Assembly: GCA_964016885.1 (NCBI GenBank)
Contig: OZ024741.1
Span: 403,806,001 to 403,870,000, forward strand
Length of the DNA stretch: 64,000 nucleotides
Reading direction: 5' to 3'
Source: Eledone cirrhosa
Lineage: Eukaryota
The notes under the pieces were generated by a model. The model made no database searches. It was not told the origin of the DNA and was given only the letters and a program-made list of their open reading frames with translations. This document shows, piece by piece, positions 41,301 through 54,200 of the stretch; within the stretch, counting starts at the first letter, position 1; the number at the start of each line of letters is the position of its first letter. Both the position numbers and the translations under genes were made by a program.

Positions 41301-44300
41301 TGATAGATTCAAGTGTCTCTGTGATATAGCTGATTAGTTAGAGTGAAAGATCCTAGTGTCTCTGTGATATAGCTGATTAGTTAGAGTGATAGATCCTAGT
41401 GTCTCTGTGATATAGTTGATTAGTTAGAGTGATAGATCCTAGTGTCTCTGTGATATAGCTGATTAGTTAGAGTGATAGATCCTAGTGTCTCTGTGATATA
41501 GCTGATTATTTAGTGTGATAGATCCTAGTGTCTCTGTTATATAGCTGATTAGTTAGAGTGATAGATCCTAGTGTCTCTGTGATATAGCTGATTAGTTAGA
41601 TTGATAGATCCTAGTGTCTCTGTTATATAGCTGATTTGTTAGAGTGATAGATCCTAGTGTCTCTGTGATATAGCTGATTAGTTAGAGTGATAGATCCTAG
41701 TGTCTCTGTGATATAGTTAATTAGATGGAGTGATAGATCCTAGTGTCTCTGTGACATAGTTGAATAGTTAGAGTGACAGATCCTAGTGTCTCTGTGATAT
41801 AGTTGATTAGTTAGAGTGATAGATCCTAGTGTCTCTTTGATATAGCTGATTAGTTCGAGTGATAGATCCTAGTGTCTCTGTGATATAGCTGATTAGTCAG
41901 AGTGATAGATCCTAGTGTCTCTGTGATATAGTTGATTAGTTAGAGTGATAGATCCTAGTGTCTCTGTGATATAGCTGATTAGTTAGAGTGATAGATCCTA
42001 GTGTCTCTGTGATATAGCTGATTAGTTAGAGTGATAGATCCAAGTGTCTCTGTGATATAGTTGATTAGTTAGAGTGATAGATCCTAGTGTCTCTGTTATA
42101 TAGGTGATTAGTTAGAGTGATAGATTCTAGTGTCTCTGTGATATGGTTGATTAGTTAGAGTGTTAGATCCTAGTGTCTCTGTGGTATAGCTGATTAGTTA
42201 GAGTGATAGATCCTAGTGTCTCTGTGATATAGTTGATTAGTTAGAGTGATTGATCCTAGTGTCACTGTGATATTGTTGATTAGTTAGAGTGATAGATCCT
42301 AGTGTCTCTGAGATATAGCTGATTAGTTAGAGTGATAGATCCTAGTGTCTCTGTGATATAGCTGATTAGTTAGAGTGATAGATCCTAGTGTCTCTGTGAT
42401 ATAGTTAATTAGATAGAGTGATAGATCCTAGTGTCTATGTGATATAGCTGATTAGTTAGAGTGATAGATCCTTGTCTCTCTGTGTTATAGTTGATTAGTT
42501 AGAGTGATAGATCCTAGTGTCTCTGTGATATAGTTGATTAGTTAGAGTGATAGATCCAAGTGTCTCTGTGATATAGCTGATTAGTTAGAGTGATAGATCC
42601 TAGTGTCTCTGTGATATAGCTGATTAGTTAGAGTGATAGATCCTAGTGTCTCTGTGATATAGTTGATTAGTTAGAGTGATAGATCCTAGTGTCTCTGTGA
42701 TATAGCTGATTAGTTAGAGTGATAGATCCTAGTGTCTCTGTGATATAGCTGATTAGTTAGAGTGATAGATCCTAGTGTCTCTGTTATATAGCTGAGTAGT
42801 TAGAGTGATAGATCCTAGTGTCTCTGTTATATAGCTGATTAGTTAGAGTGATAGATCCTAGTGTCTCTGTGATATAGCTGATTATTTAGTGTGATAGATC
42901 CTAGTGTCTCTGATATATAGCTGATTAGTTAGAGTGATAGATCCTAGTGTCTCTGTGATATAGCTGATTAGTTAGATTGATAGATGCTAGTGTCTCTGTT
43001 ATATAGCTGATTAGTTAGAGTGATAGATCCTAGTGTCTCTGTGATATAGTTGATTAGTTAGAGTGATAGATCCTAATGTTTCTGTTATATTCTTGATTAG
43101 TTAGAGTGATAGATCCTAGTGTCTCTGTGACATAGTTGAATAGTTAGAGTGACAGATCCTAGTGTCTCTGTGATATAGCTGATTAGTTAGAGTGATAGAT
43201 CCTAGTGTCTCTGTGATATAGTTGATTAGTTAGAGTGATAGATCCTAGTGTCTCTGTGATATAGTTGATTAGTTAGAGTGATAGATCCTAGTGTCTCTGT
43301 GATATAGGTGATTAGTTAGAGTGATAGATCCTAGTGTCTCTGTGATATGGTTGATTAGTTAGAGTGATAGATCCTAGAGTCTCTGTGATATAGTTGATTA
43401 GTTAGAGTGATAGATCCTAGTGTCTCTGTGATATAGTTGATTAGTTAGCGTGATAGTTCCTAGTGTCTCTGTGATATAGTTCATTAGTTAGTGTGATAGA
43501 TCCTAGTGTCTCTGTGATATAGCCGATTAGTCAGAGTGATAGAACCTAGTGTCTCTGTTATATAGGTGATTAGTTAGAGTGATAGATCCTAGTGTCTCTG
43601 TGATATAGTTAATTAGATAGAGTGATAGATCCTAGTGTTTCTGTGATATAGCTGATTAGTTAGAGTGATAGATCCTTGTCTCTCTGTGTTATAGTTGATT
43701 AGTTAGAGTGATAGATCCTAGTGTCTCTGTGATATAGTTGATTAGTTAGAGTGATAGATCCAAGTGTCTCTGTGATATAGTTGATTAGTTAGAGTGATAG
43801 ATCCTAGTGTCTCTGTGATATAGCTGATTAGTTAGAGTGATAGATCCTAGTGTCTCTGTGATATAGCTGATTAGTTAGAGTGATAGATCCTAGTGTCTCT
43901 GTGATATAGCTGATTAGTTAGAGTGATAGATCCTAGTGTCTCTGTTATATAGCTGAGTAGTTAGAGTGATAGATCCTAGTGTCTCTGTTATATAGCTGAT
44001 TAGTTAGAGTGATAGATCCTAGTGTCTCTGTGATATAGCTGATTATTTAGTGTGATAGATCCTAGTGTCTCTGTTATATAGCTGATTAGTTAGAGTGATA
44101 GATCCTAGTGTCTCTGTGATATAGCTGATTAGTTAGATTGATAGATCCTAGTGTCTCTGTTATATAGCTGATTAGTTAGAGTGATAGATCCTAGTGTCTC
44201 TGTGATATAGTTGATTAGTTAGAGTGATAGATGCTAATGTTTCTGTTATATACTTGATTAGTTAGAGTGATAGATCCTAGTGTCTCTGTGATATAGTTGA

Positions 44301-45135
44301 TTAGTTGGAGTGATAGATCCAAGTGTCTCTGTGACATAGTTGAATAGGTAGAGTGATAGATCCTAGTGTCTCTGTGATATAGTTGATTAGTTAGAGTGAT
44401 AGATCCTAGTGTCTCTTTGATATAGCTGATTTGTTCGAGTGATAGATCCTAGTGTCTCTGTGATATAGTTGATTAGTTAGAGTGATAGATCCTAGTGTCT
44501 CTGTTATATAGCTGATTAGTTAGAGTGATAGATCCTAGTGTCTCTGTTATATAGCTGATTAGTTAGAGTGATAGATCCTAGTGTCTCTGTTATATAGCTG
44601 ATTAGTTGGAGTGATAGATCCTAGTGTCTCTCTCATATGGTTGATTAGTTCGAGTGATAGATCCTAGTGTCTCTGTGATATAGTTGATTAGTTAGAGTGA
44701 TAGATCCTAGTGTCACTGTGATATAGCCGATTAGTCAGAGTGATAGATCCTAGTGTCTCTGTGATAAGGTTGATTAGTTAGAGTGATAGATTCTAGTGTC
44801 TCTGTGATATAGTTGATTAGTTAGAGTGATAGATCCTAGTGTCTCTGTGATATAGTTGATTAGTTAGAGTGATAGTACCTAGTGTCACTGTGATATAGCC
44901 GATTAGTCAGAGTGATAGATCCTAGTGTCTCTGTGATATAGTTGATTAGTTAGAGTGATAGATCCTAGTGTCTCTGTGATATAGTTGATTAGTTAGTGTG
45001 ATAGTTCCTAGTGTCTCTGTGATATAGTTCATTATTTAGTGTGATAGATCCTAGTGTCTCTGTGATATAGTTGATTAGTTAGAGTGATAGATCCTAGTGT
45101 CTCTGTGATATTGTTGATTAGTTAGAGTGATAGAT
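38301..45135. repeat. 43-bp satellite B, left block (consensus GATCCTAGTGTCTCTGTGATATAGYTGATTAGTTAGAGTGATA)
   Basis: GATCCTAG recurs every 43 bp (e.g. 38341, 38384). About 159 monomers with scattered substitutions and almost no indels (one 2-bp deletion near 39730). Confidence 0.98.
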
Positions 45136-48100
45136 GGGATGGGTGGTGTAGGTATACTATTAGCTGACAAGTGGGTAGATAAAGTAATCTCAGTGTACAG
45201 GGTAAATGCAAGAATCATTAAACTCAGACTAGTCCTGAATAAGACAATTACCACAATAATATCAGCTTACGCACCCCAATCGGGGCTGCCAGACGAACTT
45301 AAGGATAGGTTTTACGAGTCCCTAATACACACTACTGCTCTAACAGACGACAAGGACTTCCTAATCATTGCAGGAGATTTTAACGGACACGTAGGTAAAC
45401 ACTGCGACGGCTTCAATAGAGTACATGGAGGCCATGGAGTTGGCACAAGGAATGAGGAAGGATTCAGACTTCTAGAATTCTGCGACGCCAATGACATGTC
45501 GATATGTAACACAAACTTTAAAAAACCCGACAACCACCTGATCACCTATAGATCAGGGGAGCACTCTAGTCAGTTAGATTTTATCCTCATCAGAGGACGT
45601 GACAGATGGACGGTCGTAAACACAAAAGCCTTCCCTAGTGAGGAATGTACATCCCAACATAGCTTAGTTGTCAGCGACCTCACGGTCAGAACTAGACGAG
45701 CCCTGAAACAGAGGCCAACCTGGAGAAGAAAGATCTGGAAGCTGAAAGTCCCCTCAACCAGTAACAGATTTAAAGATATTTTACTCAACGCCTACGACAG
45801 TAAAGAAGAACAGATAGAGACATTTAACGTAGAAGAGAACTGGGAGTTCCTAAAAAATAACTTACTAGAGGCGACGGATGAGGTTTGTGGCTGGAGTAAG
45901 ACCTCAAGCAGGAGGAGAGTGACTTGGTGGTGGAACAATAAGGTAGATGAAGCAGTCAAGGCCAAGAGACAGGCATGGAAAGAATGGAAGAACGGGGGGA
46001 GCAGGGTACATTACATAGAGACCAAGAGGGAAGCTAGGCGACAAGTATACTTAGCTAGGAGGGAAGCAGAGGATAGAAAATTCAAGCATGTTTTACAACG
46101 TGAGGACCAGAAACAGGAGGTATTCAAGATTGCGAGGCAGTGTGTCAGAGATAGTTGTGATGTCATTGGAGAGAAGTGTATCCGGAATGATAAAGGTGAG
46201 CTTGCCCTCACAAGTGCTGAGAAGAAAGATGCATGGAAGAGTCATTATGATAGATTACTAAATGAGGAGAATGCATGGGAAGAAGAGACCCTACCCCACG
46301 TAGACCCTATAGAGGGACCAGCAGTACAAGTCAGCGGCAGCGTAGTAAGTAAGGCAATCAGAGATATGAAGATAGGGAAGGCAACCGGTCCATCGGGTAT
46401 AGCTGCCGAGATGCTGAAGGCATCTGGGTCTGTAGGTCACACTATAACCACACGTATCGTTAACCAGGTAATACTAGAGGGGGCCATACCAAAAGATTGG
46501 TGCAGTAGCATCATTGTCAACTGCTACAAAGGTAAAGGCGATGCACTAGATAGAGGAAACTATAGAGGTATAAAGTTGATGGACCAGGTCATGAAAGTAA
46601 CAGAAAGAGTTATAGCACAGCTGATTAGGGACCGGGTGAATATAGACGAGATGCAATTTGGGTTTGTTCCAGGGAAAGGCACCACTGATGCGCTCTTCCT
46701 TGTGAGGCAATTACAGGAAAAGTACCTAGCTAAAAGTAAGCCACTCTACTTGGCATTTGTCGACCTTGAGAAAGCCTTTGACAGAGTTCCACGTGCAGTA
46801 ATCTGGTGGGCTCTTAGAAAACTAGGAGTAGATGAATGGCTTGTGAAAGCGGTACAAGCCATGTATAGGGGAGCAGTCAGCAAAGTTAGGATTGGCAATG
46901 AGTATAGCGAGGAATTTAGCGTACAGGTTGGGGTCCACCAGGGCTCTGTTCTTAGCCCTCTCCTGTTCATCATAGTCCTGCAGGCAATAACGGAGGAGTT
47001 TAAGACCGGATGCCCATGGGAACTCCTGTATGCTGATGACCTCGCACTCATAGCTGAATCTATGGTAGAACTAGAGAATAAATTCCAAACCTGGAAGCAG
47101 GGACTAGAGAGAAAGGGCCTCAAAGTCAACATGACAAAGACTAAGGTCCTTATAAGTAGACGAGAAAACAGAACCCAGATCCCCTCAGGGAAATGGCCTT
47201 GCTCAGTATGTAGGAAAGGTGTAGGTAGGAACTCCATTCTTTGCCCCAAATGCAAACAATGGGTACACAAGAGATGTAGCGGGATCTCAGGAAGCTTAAT
47301 TAAGAATGTAGGATTCACATGCAGCAGCTGTGCTGAAACAGCAAGCAAACAGCCACAGGAAACAAGTACCACCAATCTCTGGGAGGGCCCTGTAGAAACA
47401 GTAGACAGCTTCTGCTACCTAGGTGACCGAATTAGCAACGGAGGTGGGTGCTCAGAAAGTACAATAACTAGGGTAAGAACGGGATGGAAGAAGTTTAGGG
47501 AACTACTACCACTGCTAGCTGCAAAAGGCTTCTCCCTCAGAATGAAAGGCAGACTGTATGATGCGTGTATCCGAACAGCGATGTTGCATGGTAGTGAGAC
47601 CTGGGCGCTGAAGGTGGAAGACTTACGTAGATTAGAGAGAAACGAAGCCTGCATGCTCCGATGGATGTGTAACAGTAATATACGTGAACGACAAAGCATA
47701 AATGAATTGAGAGAGAGACTGAGCATAAGAGGAATCAAATGCTGCGTGCAGGAGAGGCGGTTACGCTGGTATGGACATGTGATGCGTATGAAGGATGACA
47801 GCTGCATAAAAAGGTGCAGAGCACTAGAAGTTGATGGAAACCGCGGAGTGGGGAGACCCAAGATGACTTGGGATGAGGTGATAAAAGCCGACCTTACCCA
47901 ACTACACCTCTCAAAGTCAATGACACACGACCGTGACTTCTGGCGTCACGCAGTAATACAGGGTACCCGACCTCCCATGGGTACATGGTGAAGCATATAA
48001 ACAATATGCCCCCCCCCCCCACCGCAAGGTGTTCGTGGAGGTGCCACGGCAAAAAAGCACCCAGCCCACACTGTAAAGTGGACGTGTAGGCGCCACGAAA

Positions 48101-48291
48101 AAGCACCCAGCACTCACTGTAAATGAGGTTGGTGTTAGGAAGGGCATCCAGCTGTAGAAATCAAGCCAGATCAGTTCCTGTATGAGCAAGGCATGGTCAG
48201 CCGACCAGACACTGCCCACAACAGGACAACCCGTCTAACCCATGCTAGCGTGGAAGAACGGACGTAAAACGGTGATGATGATGATGATGAT
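45133..48291 (+). mobile_element. RTE-clade LINE copy 2, 5'-truncated, nearly identical to copy 1 (35143-38300)
   Basis: Matches copy 1 at offset 9990 from 45133. It begins at a 3-bp GAT microhomology with the satellite and has the same (GAT)6 tail (48274-48291). The only differences I saw were 47988 (C>G), one extra C in the poly-C run and 48032 (G>T). Confidence 0.95.
45139..47991 (+). pseudogene. N-terminally truncated EN-RT ORF of copy 2 (lacks residues 1-89; remainder open)
   Basis: The ORF-track start at 45127 is a satellite-derived GTG. The first element-derived in-frame ATG is at 45139 (M90 of copy 1). The GTINVG and QET endonuclease motifs are missing. Confidence 0.85.
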
Positions 48292-51200
48292 CCTATTGTC
48301 TCTGTGATATAGCTGATTAGGTAGAGTGATAGATCCTAGTGTCTCTGTTATATAGTTGATTAGTTAGAGTGATAGATCCTAGTGTCTCTGTGATATAGTT
48401 GATTAGTTAGAGTGATAGATCCTAGTGTCTCTGTGATATAGTTGATTAGTTAGAGTGATAGATCCTAGTGTCTCTGTGATATAGTTGATTAGTTAGAGTG
48501 ATAGATCCTAGTGTCTCTGTGATATAGTTGATTAGTTAGAGTGATAGTTCCTCGTGTCTCTGTGATATAGTTGATTAGTTAGATTGATAGATCCTAGTGT
48601 CTCTGTGATATGGTTGATTAGTTAGAGTGATAGATACTAGTGTCTCTGTGATATAGCTGATTAGTTACAGTGATAGATCCTAGTGTCTCTGTGATATAGC
48701 TGATTAGTTAGATTGATAGATCCTAGTGTCTCTGTGATATAGTTGATTAGTTAGAGTGATAGATCCTAGTGTCTCTGTGATATAGCTGATTAGTTAGAGT
48801 GATAGATCCTAGTGTCTCTGTGATATAGTTGATTAGTTAGAGTGATAGATCCTAGTGTCTCTGTGATACAGTTGATTAGTTAGAGTGATAGATCCTAGTG
48901 TCTCTGTGATATGGTTGATTAGTTGGAGTGATAGATCCTAGTGTCTCTGTTATATAGCTGATTAGTTAGAGAGATAGATCCTAGTGTCTCTGTGATATAG
49001 CTGATTAGTTAGAGTGATAGATCCTAGTGTCTCTGTGATATGGTTGATTAGTTGGAGTGATAGATCCTTGTGTCTCTGTTATATAGCTGATTAGTTAGAG
49101 TGATAGATCCTAGTGTCACTGTGATATAGTTGATTAGTTAGAGTGATAGATCCTAGTGTCTCTGTGATATAGTTGATTAGTTAGAGTGATAGATCCTAGT
49201 GTCTCTGTGATATGGTTGATTAGTTAGAGTGATAGATGCTAGTGTCACTGTGATATAGCCAATTAGTCAGAGTGATAGATCCTAGTGTCTCTGTTATATA
49301 GTTGATTAGTTAGAGTGATAGATCCTAGTGTCTCTGTGATATAGTTGATTAGTTAGAGTGATAGATCCTAGTGTCTCTGTTATATAGCTGATTAGTTAGA
49401 GTGATAGATACTAGTGTCTCTGTTATATAGCGGATTAGTTAGAGTGATAGATCCTAGTGTCTCTGTGATATAGCTGATTAGTTAGAGTGATAGATCCTAG
49501 TGTCTCTGTTATATAGCTGATTAGTTAGAGTGATAGATCCTAGTGTCTCTGTTATATAGCTGATTAGTTAGAGTGATAGATCCTAGTGTCTCTGTGATAT
49601 GGTTGATTAGTTAGAGTGATAGATCCTAGTGTCTCTGTGATATGGTTGATTAGTTAGAGTGATAGTTCCTAGTGTCTCTGTGATATAGTTGATTAGTTAG
49701 AGTGATAGATCCTAGTGTCTCTGTGATATAGTTGATTAGTTAGAGTGATAGATCCTAGTGTCACTGTGATATAGCCGATTAGTCAGAGTGATAGATCCTA
49801 GTGTCTCTGTGATATAGTTGATTAGTTAGAGTGATAGATCCTAGTGTCTCTGTGATATAGCTGATTAGTTAGAGTGATAGTTCCTAGTGTCTCTGTGATA
49901 TAGTTGATTAGTTAGAGTGATAGATCCTAGTGTCACTGTGATATAGTTGATTAGTTAGAGTGATAGATCCTAGTGTCTCTCTGATATAGCTGATTAGTTA
50001 GAGTGATACATCCTAATGTCTCTGTGAGATAGCTGATTAGTTAGAGTTATAGATCCTAGTGTCTCTGTGATATAGCTGATTAGTTAGAGTGATAGATCCT
50101 AGTGTCTATGTGATATGGTTGATTAGTTAGTGTGATAGATCCTAGTGTCTCTGTGATATAGCTGATTAGTTAGAGTGATATATCCTAGTGTCTCTGTGAT
50201 ATAGTTGATTAGTTAGAGTGATAGATCCAAGTGTCTCTGTGATATAGCTGATTAGTTAGAGTGATAGATCCTAGTGTCTCTGTGATATAGCTGATTAGTT
50301 AGAGTGATAGATCCTAGTGTCTCTGTGATATAGTTGATTAGTTAGAGTGATAGATCCTAGTGTCTCTGTGATATAGCTGATTAGTTAGAGGGATAGATCC
50401 TAGTGTCTCTGTGATATAGCTGATTAGTTAGAGTGATAGATCCTAGTGTCTCTGTTATATAGCTGAGTAGTTAGAGTGATAGATCCTAGTGTCTCTGTTA
50501 TATAGCTGATTAGTTAGAGTGATAGATCCTAGTGTCTCTGTGATATAGCTGATTATTTAGTGTGATAGATCCTAGTGTCTCTGTTATATAGCTGATTAGT
50601 TAGAGTGATAGATCCTAGTGTCTCTGTGATATAGCTGATTAGTTAGATTGATAGATGCTAGTGTCTCTGTTATATAGCTGATTAGTTAGAGTGATAGATC
50701 CTAGTGTCTCTGTGATATAGTTGATTAGTTAGAGTGATAGATCCTAATGTTTCTGTTATATTCTTGATTAGTTAGAGTGATAGATCCTAGTGTCTCTGTG
50801 ACATAGTTGAATAGTTAGAGTGACAGATCCTAGTGTCTCTGTGATATAGTTGATTAGTTAGAGTGATAGATCCTAGTGTCTCTGTGATATAGTTGATTAG
50901 TTAGAGTGATAGATCCTAGTGTCTCTGTGATATAGTTGATTAGTTAGAGTGATAGATCCTAGTGTCTCTGTGATATAGGTGATTAGTTAGAGTGATAGAT
51001 CCTAGTGTCTCTGTGATATGGTTGATTAGTTAGAGTGATAGATCCTAGTGTCTCTGTGATATAGTTGATTAGTTAGAGTGATAGATCCTAGTGTCTCTGT
51101 GATATAGTTGATTAGTTAGCGTGATAGTTTCTAGTGTCTCTGTGATATAGTTCATTAGTTAGTGTGATAGATCCTAGTGTCTCTGTGATATAGCCGATTA

Positions 51201-54200
51201 GTCAGAGTGATAGAACCTAGTGTCTCTGTTATATAGGTGATTAGTTAGAGTGATAGATCCTAGTGTCTCTGTGATATAGTTAATTAGATAGAGTGATAGA
51301 TCCTAGTGTTTCTGTGATATAGCTGATTAGTTAGAGTGATAGATCCTTGTCTCTCTGTGTTATAGTTGATTAGTTAGAGTGATAGATCCTAGTGTCTCTG
51401 TGATATAGTTGATTAGTTAGAGTGATATATCCAAGTGTCTCTGTGATATAGTTGATTAGTTAGAGTGATAGATCCTAGTGTCTCTGTGATATAGCTGATT
51501 AGTTAGAGTGATAGATCCTAGTGTCTCTGTGATATAGCTGATTAGTTAGAGTGATAGATCCTAGTGTCTCTGTGATATAGCTGATTAGTTAGAGTGATAG
51601 ATCCTAGTGTCTCTGTTATATAGCTGAGTAGTTAGAGTGATAGATCCTAGTGTCTCTGTTATATAGCTGATTAGTTAGAGTGATAGATCCTAGTGTCTCT
51701 GTGATATAGCTGATTATTTAGTGTGATAGATCCTAGTGTCTCTGTTATATAGCTGATTAGTTAGAGTGATAGATCCTAGTGTCTCTGTGATATAGCTGAT
51801 TAGTTAGATTGATAGATCCTAGTGTCTCTGTTATATAGCTGATTAGTTAGAGTGATAGATCCTAGTGTCTCTGTGATATAGTTGATTAGTTAGAGTGATA
51901 GATCCTAATGTTTCTGTTATATACTTGATTAGTTAGAGTGATAGATCCTAGTGTCTCTGTGATATAGTTGATTAGTTAGAGTGATAGATCCTAGTGTCTC
52001 TGTTATATAGCTGATTAGTTAGAGTGATAGATCCTAGTGTCTCTGTTATATAGCTGATTAGTTAGAGTGATAGATCCTAGTGTCTCTGTTATATAGCTGA
52101 TTAGTTGGAGTGATAGATCCTAGTGTCTCTCTCATATGGTTGATTAGTTCGAGTGATAGATCCTAGTGTCTCTGTGATATAGTTGATTAGTTAGAGTGAT
52201 AGATCCTAGTGTCACTGTGATATAGCCGATTAGTCAGAGTGATAGATCCTAGTGTCTCTGTGATAAGGTTGATTAGTTAGAGTGATAGATTCTAGTGTCT
52301 CTGTGATATAGTTGATTAGTTAGAGTGATAGATCCTAGTGTCTCTGTGATATAGTTGATTAGTTAGAGTGATAGTACCTAGTGTCACTGTGATATAGCCG
52401 ATTAGTCAGAGTGATAGATCCTAGTGTCTCTGTGATATAGTTGATTAGTTAGAGTGATAGATCCTAGTGTCTCTGTGATATAGTTGATTAGTTAGTGTGA
52501 TAGTTCCTAGTGTCTCTGTGATATAGTTCAATATTTAGTGTGATAGATCCTAGTGTCTCTGTGATATAGTTGATTAGTTAGAGTGATAGATCCTAGTGTC
52601 TCTGTGATATTGTTGATTAGTTAGAGTGATAGATCTTAGTGTCTCTGAGATATAGTTGATTAGTTAGAGTGATAGATCCTAGTGTCTCTGTGATATAGCC
52701 GATTAGTCAGAGTGATAGAACCTAGTGTCTCTGTGATATAGTTGATTAGTTAGAGTGATAGATCCTAGTGTCTCTGTGATATAGTTGATTAGTTAGAGTG
52801 ATAGATCCAAGTGTCTCTGTGATATAGTTGATTAGTTAGAGTGATAGATCCTAGTGTCTCTGTGATATAGCTGATTAGTTAGAGTGATAGATCCTAGTGT
52901 CTCTGTGATATAGCTGATTAGTTAGAGTGATAGATCCTAGTGTCTCTGTGATATAGCTGATTAGTTAGAGTGATAGATCCTAGTGTCTCTGTTATATAGC
53001 TGAGTAGTTAGAGTGATAGTTCCTAGTGTCTCTGTTATATAGCTGATTAGTTAGAGTGATAGATCCTAGTGTCTCTGTGATATAGTTCAATATTTAGTGT
53101 GATAGATCCTAGTGTCTCTGTGATATAGTTGATTAGTTAGAGTGATAGATCCTAGTGTCTCTGTGATATTGTTGATTAGTTAGAGTGATAGATCTTAGTG
53201 TCTCTGTTATATAGCTGATTAGTTAGAGTGATAGATCCTAGTGTCTCTGTGATATAGTTCAATATTTAGTGTGATAGATCCTAGTGTCTCTGTGATATAG
53301 TTGATTAGTTAGAGTGATAGATCCTAGTGTCTCTGTGATATTGTTGATTAGTTAGAGTGATAGATCTTAGTGTCTCTGAGATATAGTTGATTAGTTAGAG
53401 TGATAGATCCTAGTGTCTCTGTGATATGGTTGATTAGTTGCAGTGATAGATCCTAGTGTCTCTGTTATATAGCTGATTAGTTAGAGAGATAGATCCTAGT
53501 GTCTCTGTGATATAGCTGATTAGTTAGAGTGATAGATCCTAGTGTCTCTGTGATATGGTTGATTAGTTGGAGTGATAGATCCTTGTGTCTCTGTTATATA
53601 GCTGATTAGTTAGAGTGATAGATCCTAGTGTCACTGTGATATAGTTGATTAGTTAGAGTGATAGATCCTAGTGTCTCTGTGATATAGTTGATTAGTTAGA
53701 GTGATAGATCCTAGTGTCTCTGTGATATAGTTGATTAGTTAGAGTGATAGATCCTAGTGTCTCTGTAATATGGTTGATTAGTTAGAGTGATAGATGCTAG
53801 TGTCACTGTGATATAGCCAATTAGTCAGAGTGATAGATCCTAGTGTCTCTGTTATATAGTTGATTAGTTAGAGTGATAGATCCTAGTGTCTCTGTGATAT
53901 AGTTGATTAGTTAGAGTGATAGATCCTAGTGTCTCTGTTATATAGCTGATTAGTTAGAGTGATAGATACTAGTGTCTCTGTTATATAGCGGATTAGTTAG
54001 AGTGATAGATCCTAGTGTCTCTGTGATATAGCTGATTAGTTAGAGTGATAGATCCTAGTGTCTCTGTTATATAGCTGATTAGTTAGAGTGATAGATCCTA
54101 GTGTCTCTGTTATATAGCTGATTAGTTAGAGTGATAGATCCTAGTGTCTCTGTCATATGGTTGATTAGTTAGAGTGATAGATCCTAGTGTCTCTGTGATA

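Noticed and set aside
35322-48219. Minus-strand ORFs of 62-209 aa within both RTE copies
   Set aside because: Antisense shadows of the RT ORF and 3' UTR with no motifs.
45133-48291. Copy 2 as an independent site-specific insertion proving target specificity
   Set aside because: Its tail length and ~620-bp 3' flank are copied from copy 1, so its 3' junction is not an independent event.
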